Position numbers and translations under genes: made by a program. The notes beneath the pieces were generated by a model. That model saw only the letters and a program-made list of their open reading frames with translations. It was not told the origin of the DNA and searched no databases. 64,000 nt of DNA from an uncultured Chloroflexia bacterium. Its GTDB lineage: Bacteria; Chloroflexota; Limnocylindria; Limnocylindrales; CSP1-4. Positions 19,878-28,115 of the stretch are shown here, one piece after another (within the stretch, counting starts at the first letter, position 1; every line of letters starts with the position of its first letter). Location: NCBI GenBank assembly GCA_963750125.1, contig CAVVPT010000026.1:88993-152992 (forward strand), in the 5' to 3' direction.

Positions 19878-20324
19878 GTGGTTGCGTCCGAGCGCGATTT
19901 CCATGCGGTCTTCGGCCGCCTGAAGGCGATCCTCGAGCCGTACGCGCGCGAGATGTACGTCTCGGCCGACGACTCGAAGATGTACTCCGTCGACATGGCA
20001 CCCGAGTCCGAGCGCAACCCGACGACCTGGTTCGGCGCCGTTCGCCTGGGCAAGCGCTACGTGAGCATCTATCTGATGCCGGTGTACGTGGGCCCGGGAC
20101 TGCTGGACGCTGCCTCGCCCGAGCTGCGCAAGCGGATGCAGGGCAAGTCGTGCTTCAACTTCACCAAGGTGGACGAGCCGCTGATCGGCGAGCTCGAAGC
20201 GCTCGTCCGGACCGGCTACGAACGGACGGCCGGGGATCCGTCATGGGGCGCAGCCCAGCGCGTGGAGCGCGGCATGGCCCAGCGCAAGGCCGGCGCCAGC
20301 TTCGAGTCCTCCGCCGGCCGTTAA
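19878..20324 (+). CDS. Hypothetical protein, DUF1801/YdhG-like by pattern
   Basis: 148-aa ORF with normal composition (FGRLKAILEPYA, GKRYVSIYLMPVY, GKSCFNFTKVDEPL). It lies between E1 beta and E2. Confidence 0.55.
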   Translation: MVASERDFHAVFGRLKAILEPYAREMYVSADDSKMYSVDMAPESERNPTTWFGAVRLGKRYVSIYLMPVYVGPGLLDAASPELRKRMQGKSCFNFTKVDEPLIGELEALVRTGYERTAGDPSWGAAQRVERGMAQRKAGASFESSAGR

Positions 20325-20358
20325 GTGCGGGTAGAGCGGCCTCCACCAGACTCTCCTG

Positions 20359-21159
20359 GTGGATGACCTGCGGACCGGCCGCAAGTTTCGAGCGATCCGT
20401 CACCGCAGACGATGGCGACAGCAAGACCTCGCGAGCCCTGCGGGTACGAGTCAGGACGTGGTTTCCCGCCTGGAACGGGGCCGGATCGCTCAGATGCCGA
20501 TCGGGAGGATCCGCGCGGTCGCGCAGGCTCTCGATGCCGATGTGGTTCTCGTCGTGCGCTGGCGCGGAGGGGAACTCGATCGCTTGCTCGACGAAGGTCA
20601 CGCGTTTCTGCTCGGTCGAACGGCGGAGCTCCTGCAGTCGCTCGGCTGGCAGACTCGCTCGGAGGTTTCCTTTTCGGTTTATGGGGAGCGAGGCTCGATC
20701 GACATCCTTGCCTGGCACGCTCCGACGCGCACGTTGCTCGTCGTCGAAGTCAAATCGGAGCTCGCCTCGGTCGAGGAGACGCTCCGCGTGCACGATGCGA
20801 AGCTGCGGCTTGCGCCGCGGATCGCCGCCGAACGGTTCGGCTGGCACGCCGCCGCTACGGCTCGCCTTCTGGTGCTCCCGGATCTCTCGACCGCGCGACG
20901 ACGCGTAGCGCGCCACGGTGCCGTGCTCGAAGGTGCCTACCCTCTTCGGGGGCACACAATTCGCGCCTGGCTCATCGCGCCAACGCCGTTGCCAAGGTCC
21001 GCCGCTGCCGGTGGCCTCCTGTTCCTGTCATCTACGCAGAGGGCGCGTCGTAGGAAACGGTCCTGTCACTCGAAAGCGGGTCCGAAGGCCGATATTGCCT
21101 ACAGCCTGAGCACGGATGCGAGCCGTTGCCGGGTCCCGGCCGACGCAAATCGCACCTAA
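20359..21159 (+). CDS. XRE-type HTH fused to a PD-(D/E)xK nuclease-like domain; C-terminal ~45 aa look non-native
   Basis: HTH: RAIRHRRRWRQQDLASPAGTSQDVVSRLERGR. Nuclease-like core: YGERGSIDILAWH..LLVVEVKSEL (E, D, ExK). The tail after GGLLFLSS is Arg-rich (TQRARRRKRSCHSKAG) and may be read-through. Confidence 0.6.
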   Translation: MDDLRTGRKFRAIRHRRRWRQQDLASPAGTSQDVVSRLERGRIAQMPIGRIRAVAQALDADVVLVVRWRGGELDRLLDEGHAFLLGRTAELLQSLGWQTRSEVSFSVYGERGSIDILAWHAPTRTLLVVEVKSELASVEETLRVHDAKLRLAPRIAAERFGWHAAATARLLVLPDLSTARRRVARHGAVLEGAYPLRGHTIRAWLIAPTPLPRSAAAGGLLFLSSTQRARRRKRSCHSKAGPKADIAYSLSTDASRCRVPADANRT

Positions 21160-21379
21160 CACGCGCTGGTTGCGTACCCGACGCCCGAATCGGGGATTTC
21201 GGCTCGGATCACGCATGTGGTGCGTAGGCGACTGCACGGGACCCAGAAGTCGGCCTGCAGCGGAGTGCGCTCGACCGGGAGGCGCTGGATCGGCGACACT
21301 AGGCGCCAACCGAGATGCCAACCGAGATGCGATCCCGGCCGATGCCCGCCGGGCGGCGACCCTCGAAGGAGGAGCACAC

Positions 21380-22843
21380 GTGGCCAAGGTGACGATGCCC
21401 CAGCTCGGCGAAAGCGTGGCCGAGGGGACGATCGGCAAGTGGCTGAAGCAGCCCGGCGACACGGTTGAGAAGTACGAGCCGCTCGTCGAGGTCATCACGG
21501 ACAAGGTCAACGCCGAGGTGCCGTCGCCGTTCGCGGGCGTGCTCAAGGAGATCCTCGCCGAGGAGGGCGCCACGGTCCCGAACAACGCCGAGATCGCGGT
21601 GATCGAGACCGTCGAGGAGGCCGGCGGCGCGGCCCCCGAACCCGTCGCGGCCGAGAAGGCGGCTGCCCCGTCCGAGGTCGACAATGGCGGCCCGAAGGTC
21701 GAGACACCGGCCGAGACCGCGGCCACGGGAGTCGGCTCCAACGGGACGTCCGCTCCTGCTCCCGCACAGGCGCCGCAGGCCGAACGACCGGAACGCGCTG
21801 CAGCGGCGGCCGCACCCGCCGCTCCGACCGCAACGGCCCCGCCCGCCACCGGCGATGCGGACGCTCGCATGAGTCCTGCCGTCCGCCGCCTGCTCCGAGA
21901 ACACGAGCTGACCGCGGCCCAGATCGTCGGGACCGGCCAGGGCGGCCGGATCACCCGTGACGACGTGCTGGCGGTGGTCGAGCGGATGCGCACCGGCGAG
22001 CCGCCACCTGCTCCCGCCGCGGCCCCGGCCAGTGGCGCCCCGGCCACTGCGCCCCAGCCCGCGGCGCCGCCGGCTGCGCCGAGCGCCGGCCGTGCGGGCA
22101 CCCCGGGCGTCCAGCACATCGAGTTCCCGGCCGGAGCCGATGAAGTCCTCGTCCCGATGACCCAGATGCGCAAGGGGATCGCTGCGCAGATGACCCGGGC
22201 GCTCCAGGCACCCCATGCCTACGTCCAGATGGAGATCGACGCGACCCGGCTCGTCGCCTTCCGCGAGCGCAACAAGAAGGCGTACCAGGCGAAGGAGGGC
22301 ATGTCGCTGAGCTACGTGCCGTTCGTCGTCAAGGCATCGGCCGAGGCCCTCAAGCGCAACCCGTCCTTCAACGCCCACTGGACCGATGGCGGACTGCTCG
22401 CGAAGCGCCGGATCAACATCGGCGTTGCGGTGGCCGTCGACGAAGGCCTGATCGTGCCGGTCATCCGTGACGCGGACACGCTGTCGATCCACGGCCTCAA
22501 CCTGGCGATCACCGACGTCGCGAACCGGGCCCGCGCCAACAAGCTCCGCGTGGACGACTTCGGCGGCGGAACGTTCACCGTCGACAACACGGGCTACCTC
22601 GGGACGAATCTCGTCATGCCGATCCTCAACGTGCCCGAGGTCGGGATCGTCACGATGGAGGCGATCACGAAGCGGCCCGTCGTGGTGTCCACGCCCGACG
22701 GCGACGTCATCGCGATCCGCCCCGTGATGAACATGGTGCTCGCGGTCGATCACCGCGCAAACGACGGCGCCGGCGGCGCTGCCCTGCTGCGCGACATCAA
22801 GACATGGCTCGAGGGCGTCGGGACCGAATCGTCGATCTACTGA
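21380..22843 (+). CDS. Dihydrolipoamide acyltransferase (E2) of the 2-oxoacid dehydrogenase complex
   Basis: SD gaaggagg 7 nt before the GTG at 21380. Lipoyl domain (EVITDKVNAEVPSP), E3/E1-binding domain (SPAVRRLLREHELTAAQIVGTGQGGRITRDDV), and catalytic DHRANDGA. Confidence 0.9.
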   Translation: MAKVTMPQLGESVAEGTIGKWLKQPGDTVEKYEPLVEVITDKVNAEVPSPFAGVLKEILAEEGATVPNNAEIAVIETVEEAGGAAPEPVAAEKAAAPSEVDNGGPKVETPAETAATGVGSNGTSAPAPAQAPQAERPERAAAAAAPAAPTATAPPATGDADARMSPAVRRLLREHELTAAQIVGTGQGGRITRDDVLAVVERMRTGEPPPAPAAAPASGAPATAPQPAAPPAAPSAGRAGTPGVQHIEFPAGADEVLVPMTQMRKGIAAQMTRALQAPHAYVQMEIDATRLVAFRERNKKAYQAKEGMSLSYVPFVVKASAEALKRNPSFNAHWTDGGLLAKRRINIGVAVAVDEGLIVPVIRDADTLSIHGLNLAITDVANRARANKLRVDDFGGGTFTVDNTGYLGTNLVMPILNVPEVGIVTMEAITKRPVVVSTPDGDVIAIRPVMNMVLAVDHRANDGAGGAALLRDIKTWLEGVGTESSIY

Positions 22844-22877
22844 ACCGACCGACGCCCCGATTCATCCAGGAGGCTCC

Positions 22878-23870
22878 GTGCGCGTCTTCGTGACCGGCGG
22901 CGCCGGCTTCATTGGCCACCCCGTCTGCCGTCAGCTTCGAGCCCGAGGCGACGAAGTCGTCGCCGTGGTGCGCGATCCGGGGCGCGCAACCGACCTGGAA
23001 GCGCTGGGCTGCGAGGTCCGTGCGGGCGACCTCGCCTCGCCCGAGGCGTTGATCGGCGGCATGCGCAGTTGCGACGCCGTCATCCACCTTGCGGGAAGCT
23101 ACCGCGTCGGCATCCCGGCCCGCGAGCGGCCCCAAATGTACGAGGCGAATGTCGGCGCGACCCACCGCGTGCTCGAGGCTGCGATCGCGACCGGCGTGCC
23201 GCGCATCGTCCACGTGTCGAGCGTCAACGCCTTCGGCAACACGCACGAGAAGATCGTCGACGAGACGTATCGTCGGGACATCAGCCAGGGGTTCCTCAGC
23301 TACTACGACGAAACCAAGCACCTGTCTCATGTCGCGGCTCGCGAGTTGATCAGCAGCGGCGCCCCGGTCCTGATCGCGATGCCGGGTACGACCTATGGAC
23401 CCGGCGATCATTCCGCCATCGGCAGCCAGCTGCAGCTGGCGTACGAGGGCCGCCTTCGGGTCACGGGCCTGACTGATGTCGGCATCTCGCCGACGCACGT
23501 CGACGACGTCGCGGGCGGCATCATCGCCATGTTGACGCAGGGCCGGATTGGCGAGTTGTACATCCTGGCCGGACGCAACATGCTCTTGCGAGAAGCGCTG
23601 GAGGCCGCTGCCCGGGTCGGCGGCCATCCGCCGCCGCGCATCACCGTGCCGATCGGTCTGCTCCGAGCGATCGCCCGCCTCGGGCCCATCGGATCGAAGC
23701 TCTTCGGCCAACCCCCGAACTTCTCCGAAGTGATCAGGGCAGCGGACCACGTGACGTACTGGGCCTCCTCGGCCAAGGCCAGCCTCAAGCTCGGCTATAC
23801 GCCCCGGGACCTCGAATTGGGGATCCGAGACGCCTTCGGCGGCCAGCGCTACGGCGCCGCCACCCACTAG
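22878..23870 (+). CDS. NAD-dependent epimerase/dehydratase-family SDR
   Basis: VFVTGGAGFIGHPV Rossmann motif and the YDETK catalytic Y-x3-K. Confidence 0.8.
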   Translation: MRVFVTGGAGFIGHPVCRQLRARGDEVVAVVRDPGRATDLEALGCEVRAGDLASPEALIGGMRSCDAVIHLAGSYRVGIPARERPQMYEANVGATHRVLEAAIATGVPRIVHVSSVNAFGNTHEKIVDETYRRDISQGFLSYYDETKHLSHVAARELISSGAPVLIAMPGTTYGPGDHSAIGSQLQLAYEGRLRVTGLTDVGISPTHVDDVAGGIIAMLTQGRIGELYILAGRNMLLREALEAAARVGGHPPPRITVPIGLLRAIARLGPIGSKLFGQPPNFSEVIRAADHVTYWASSAKASLKLGYTPRDLELGIRDAFGGQRYGAATH

Positions 23871-23896
23871 TCCGCAACGGACGTACACTCGAACCG

Positions 23897-24937
23897 ATGG
23901 CCCGCGAGCTCCCGATGTTCGAACCTCCCTCGAGCGGACACCACGGTTCCGTCACGCCCGAGACGATTGCGATGGGTGGGCTCGCCCCAACCGCACCGGC
24001 GGCGCTCCGCCGGCACCCTGACTGGATCAAGTCGCGCCTGCCGTCCGGCGACAACTACCACGACCTGAAGGCGTTACTGCGGGGCCTCAACCTGAATACG
24101 GTCTGCGAGGAGGCGCACTGCCCGAACATCGGGGAGTGCTGGGACCAGCGCACCGCGACGATCATGATCCTCGGCGACACCTGCACCCGCGCCTGTGGGT
24201 TCTGTGCAGTCAAGACCGGGCGGCCCACCTGGTTCGACGACGATGAACCGCGACGGGTCGCCGAGGCGGTTGCCGCGATGCGGCTCGAGCATGTGGTGGT
24301 CACCTCGGTCGCCCGCGACGACCTGGCAGACGGCGGCGCGTCGATCTTCGCCGAGACGATCTTCCAGATGCGCGAGCGCAGTCCGGGGATGGGGGTAGAG
24401 GTGCTCATCCCCGACTTCGACGGCTCCGACGACCGGTTGCAGATCGTCATGGAGGCCCGGCCCGACATCCTCAACCACAACCTTGAGACGGTGAAGCGAC
24501 TCCAGAAACCCGTGCGCAAGCGCGCTCGATGGGACCGCTCCCTGTATGTGCTCCGGCGGGCGAAGGAGATGGCGGTCGACATTGGCTACTCCGTCCACAC
24601 GAAGAGCTCGCTGATGGTCGGGCTCGGCGAGACGCGCGACGAGCTGGCCGAGGCGTTTGAAGCGTTGCGCGCGGTGGACGTCGACATACTCACGGTGGGC
24701 CAGTACCTGCGGCCCTCGGACAAGCACCTGCCGCTCGAGCGCTACTACCACCCCGACGAGTTCGCCGAGATCAAAGTCGAAGCTCTTGCCCTGGGGTTCA
24801 AGCACGTCGAGTCGGCGCCGCTCGTGCGCTCGAGCTACCACGCGCGCGACCAGGTACCGGGCGCGGAGCTCAAGGCCATGCGCCGCCGCCAGGCGACCCT
24901 CGACCCGGAGGGCCGCGTCGTCCCGCTGGCGGGGTAG
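23897..24937 (+). CDS. lipA: Lipoyl synthase (radical SAM)
   Basis: CEEAHCPNIGEC and CTRACGFC cluster motifs, and the C-terminal SSYHA. Confidence 0.92.
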   Translation: MARELPMFEPPSSGHHGSVTPETIAMGGLAPTAPAALRRHPDWIKSRLPSGDNYHDLKALLRGLNLNTVCEEAHCPNIGECWDQRTATIMILGDTCTRACGFCAVKTGRPTWFDDDEPRRVAEAVAAMRLEHVVVTSVARDDLADGGASIFAETIFQMRERSPGMGVEVLIPDFDGSDDRLQIVMEARPDILNHNLETVKRLQKPVRKRARWDRSLYVLRRAKEMAVDIGYSVHTKSSLMVGLGETRDELAEAFEALRAVDVDILTVGQYLRPSDKHLPLERYYHPDEFAEIKVEALALGFKHVESAPLVRSSYHARDQVPGAELKAMRRRQATLDPEGRVVPLAG

Positions 24938-24970
24938 GGGACGGTCCCTGCAAGTCTCCTGGCGCGTGTT

Positions 24971-25087
24971 GCACCCCGTGCACGTAACGGCCGCCGTTTC
25001 GGTCGCCAGCGGCAGATCCTTGCGGCACACGCACGAAGCGGCCACCAAATCCGCCTCAGCGCTTCAGTTCGTGCATCCCGTGCACGT
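24971..25087 (+). repeat. Two copies of a 15-nt box GCA(C/T)CCCGTGCACGT, 102 nt apart, in the lipA-lipoprotein spacer
   Basis: gcaccccgtgcacgt at 24971-24985 and gcatcccgtgcacgt at 25073-25087 (14/15 identical). Each contains the palindrome GTGCAC, and a third GTGCAC lies at ~25122. Confidence 0.6.
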
Positions 25088-25186
25088 CCAGCCCACCGAA
25101 CCGGTCGCCAACCGCCTTCATGTGCACTCCATGCAAGCGGCTCGGTTGCGGCGGAACTTCCCCGGCCGGATTCACGTCCGGCGCGC

Positions 25187-25835
25187 ATGACACGCGCGCT
25201 CGTCGTCTCATTGATCGCGCTGCTCGCCGTTGCGGGCTGCTCCCTGTTCGCCGGGTCCTTGCCCGCGCCCGCCGAATCACCCGAGCCAGCCGTTCCGATC
25301 GCCTGCTTCGGACTCGAAGAGCCCGATTGCACCAGCGGCCCTTGAGGCGGCCGCGACCCAGGTGAAGCCCGGTGACGTCGTCGTCTACGCCGAGGTGGGG
25401 CCGTTCGGTTGCGCCGTCGGAGACGGCTGCGCCAACACGCTGGCCGCCAGGCCACAGGGCGTGGCCGTGCTCGAACTCGCGAACGGCGAGCCGCTCAACA
25501 TGGGGATGAACGTCGCTCCCGACGGCACGATCAGCGTCGTTCCCGATTCGTTCTCATACGTCTCGGTCCCGCCTTCCTCGGTCGCGGGTCGGCTCGCAAT
25601 CGGACCGGTCCCATACACCCTCGGCCACTGCGGCCTGTCCAACGGCATCGACATCGATGGCAGCTGGTGGGACCCGGTAGGGTTCGTCGACATCGACGGC
25701 AACGACGTCGTCAATGCGTCGGAAGGCATCTTCACCGCGACCGACCAGAACCACGCGACGTTCTCGACCGCCGGCGGGCTCAACATGAATCTCGTTCGCC
25801 GCGTCGGCGAGAAGCACCTGCCGATGTGCATGTAG
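25187..25835 (+). pseudogene. Hypothetical lipoprotein, one frame change near 25325
   Basis: ATG at 25187 gives MTRALVVSLIALLAVAGCS (lipobox LAVAGC) and then hits a stop at 25343. The body continues in the frame of ORF 25230..25835 (AALEAAATQVKPGDVVVYAEVGPFGCAVGDGC...). Confidence 0.6.
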
Positions 25836-25879
25836 CCGCGGTCGTCACGGGGCGCCCCGGCGGCGGCTAGACTCGGCTC

Positions 25880-26935
25880 ATGCCGCGCCAGCTCTCCCGG
25901 AAGGTGCCCCTCGCCGAGCTCCACTGCCATCTCGGCGGCGCGGTCACCCCGGCGATCATGTGGGGCATCGCTCACGCGCAGGGCATCAAGCTCCCGACGA
26001 AGGACTACTGGGAGTTCCGCGACATGATTACCGTGTCGCCGCGGCGGAACCGCTCTTTCGACGGCTACCTGCAACTGTTCCACTGGACCGAGCTGATCCA
26101 GAGCTCGCCCATCGCGGTCGAACGCGCCGTCTACGAGGTCGTCGGCGGCGCCTACCGCAAGAACAACATCACGACGATGGAGCTCCGCTTCAACCCGATG
26201 AAGCGGAACCGCGGCGGCGAGCAGGACCTCGACCACATCATCGCGGCGGCGCTGCGCGGGATGGACAAGGCGACGCTCGAGTATCCGATCAAGCCGGGGC
26301 TGATCTTCTGCCTCGACCGCGCGTTCCCGTTCGAGCTCAACGAGATCATTGCCGAGAAGGCGATCCAGTGGCGCGACCGCGGCGTGATCGGCGTCGACAT
26401 CGCGGGGCCGGAGTCCGCGACATTCCGGGTGGCCGACTACCGCCGGCTCTTCCGTCGGACTCGGCAGTACGGCCTGGGGCTCACGGTGCATACCGGGGAG
26501 TCGGGTCCGGTCGACGAGGTGGCCCGGGTCGTCGAGCTGCTCGAGCCCGACCGCATCGGCCACGGCGTCAAGGCGGCCTACGACCCGCGCGCGATGGCGA
26601 TGATCCGCGAGCGCGGCATCGTCCTCGAGATCTGCCCGACCTCGAACCTCAATACCCGGGTCGTGTCCGGCTGGGACGAGTTCCGCTGGATCTTCGACAC
26701 GTTCCGGCGCAACGACGTGCGGTTCACGATCAACACCGACGGCCCCGAGATGCTCAAGACGTACATCCGCGACGAGCTCGCCCAGCTCGGCCGCCTCGGG
26801 ATCCTGTCGCTCGAGGACCAGGAGCGGGCCGCCGAGACGTCACTGGCTGCGTCGTTCGTGCCGAACGTCACCGACGTTCCTGCGCCGCGCCTCGAACCCG
26901 CGCATCGCCTGGCCGTGGAGCGCGAAGAGGCGTAG
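25880..26935 (+). CDS. add: Adenosine deaminase
   Basis: ELHCHLGG metal motif, TVHTGE, HGV, and the INTDGP (NTDD-type) region. 351 aa. Confidence 0.88.
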   Translation: MPRQLSRKVPLAELHCHLGGAVTPAIMWGIAHAQGIKLPTKDYWEFRDMITVSPRRNRSFDGYLQLFHWTELIQSSPIAVERAVYEVVGGAYRKNNITTMELRFNPMKRNRGGEQDLDHIIAAALRGMDKATLEYPIKPGLIFCLDRAFPFELNEIIAEKAIQWRDRGVIGVDIAGPESATFRVADYRRLFRRTRQYGLGLTVHTGESGPVDEVARVVELLEPDRIGHGVKAAYDPRAMAMIRERGIVLEICPTSNLNTRVVSGWDEFRWIFDTFRRNDVRFTINTDGPEMLKTYIRDELAQLGRLGILSLEDQERAAETSLAASFVPNVTDVPAPRLEPAHRLAVEREEA

Positions 26936-27034
26936 GCCGGCTGTCGCCGATGTGCTTCGCATCCGCGCCATAATCGCGGGAACCAGGTGAGCACCGGAGC
27001 ATGACCGGCCCCTGGTTGACGTCGAGGGGAAGCC

Positions 27035-28097
27035 ATGACGCGCAGAACCGCTGTCGCGGGAATCTCGTTGCTCGCTGTCGTGCTCATCGGCGCCGGCTGT
27101 TCGCAGGCGGCGCTTTCGCCCGAGGCGGCTGCAGCTCGCGGTTTCACCTCCCGCGGTTTCACCTCCCGCGGTTTCACCGGACGTATCCGAGGCGCCATCG
27201 CCCGGCACATCGCCGGACGAGGCGTCCGAGGGACCTTCCAGTGGCGTAGCGATCACGTTCGACAAGGTGAAACCGAAGCGATGGGGCGCAAAGCCGTTCG
27301 AGGTCAAGGCGGTGGCGAGCACCGGTGCCAAGATCAAGTACTCGGCCAAGGGCGCCTGCACGGTTACGCCGCGCGCTGGTCGCGTAGAGATCGAGAAGGT
27401 GGGCAACTGTGTCATCACGGCGAAAACGACGAGCGGCGAGCCAGCGTCCGAGTCAATGACCATCAAGGTCCGGCCCGCAAAACCGAAGATTGCGTTCGCG
27501 GATGATTCTGTCCGCTGGAAGCCCGGCAATTCGTACACCTTGGAGGCCAAGGTGTCGCCGAACGTCCCGCTCAGTTACGCGGTCGTAAAGGCTGGCTCTG
27601 ACGAGAATTGCAAGATCCGCAAAGGAGCGCTGACGCTCATCGAGGACACGCCCCAGCTCCCGCTCGTGTGCAAGGTCAAGGTCGCGGCCGCGGCGACGTC
27701 ACCGAACTACCAGACACCAGAGCCCGTGGTAGCGAAGATCACGGTCCGCTATCCCGCCTGGGATGTCGAAGCGATCAGCCCCGACGTGGTGTTCTGGTCT
27801 AAAACGAACGGCGAGGTTCGCGTGAAGGTCCGCGAGCATTCCGGCACCGCCCTCGGGATGACGGCGAATGGAGCTGAGCTACGAGACCAGGACCTCTGCG
27901 CCGCCGTCGGATCCTCGCCCAGCCCGGCCCCCTTGGGAACGAAGAGCTATGTCGTTGTCCTGCACGTCAGTCAGCCGAGCGCGGAAAACGGGACGGCGGA
28001 CGGGTACGAGTGCAAGATGGTTGCCGTTGCGGGACCGGAGAATTACGCAGGCCCGAGCGGGTCGACTGACCCATTCACGGTGACGGTCCGCCCGTAA
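27035..28097 (+). pseudogene. Lys-rich Ig-like-repeat lipoprotein, lower GC, one frame change near 27125
   Basis: The signal and lipobox (AGISLLAVVLIGAGCS) are in one frame. The linker and body (AVSPPAVSPPAVSPVDVSEAPSPG..ITFDKVKPKRWGAKPFEVKAVASTGAKIKYSAKGACTVT..) are in the frame of ORF 27267..28097. Hand count of 27421-27660 gives 145/240 G+C (60%), against 87/120 (72%) for 26401-26520. Confidence 0.65.
27137..27178 (+). repeat. 15-nt tandem repeat cgcggtttcacctcc x2.8 (encodes AVSPP units)
   Basis: Perfect copies at 27137-27151 and 27152-27166, plus a partial copy at 27167-27178. Confidence 0.9.
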
Positions 28098-28115
28098 CGG
28101 CGGCCCGACGGTGAC

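Noticed and set aside
20918-21109. Alternative-frame ORFs (20918..21109, 20412..21053) as possible true C-terminus of the HTH-nuclease protein
   Set aside because: Neither frame gives a more protein-like continuation than the annotated one. The C-terminus is left unresolved rather than asserting another frameshift.
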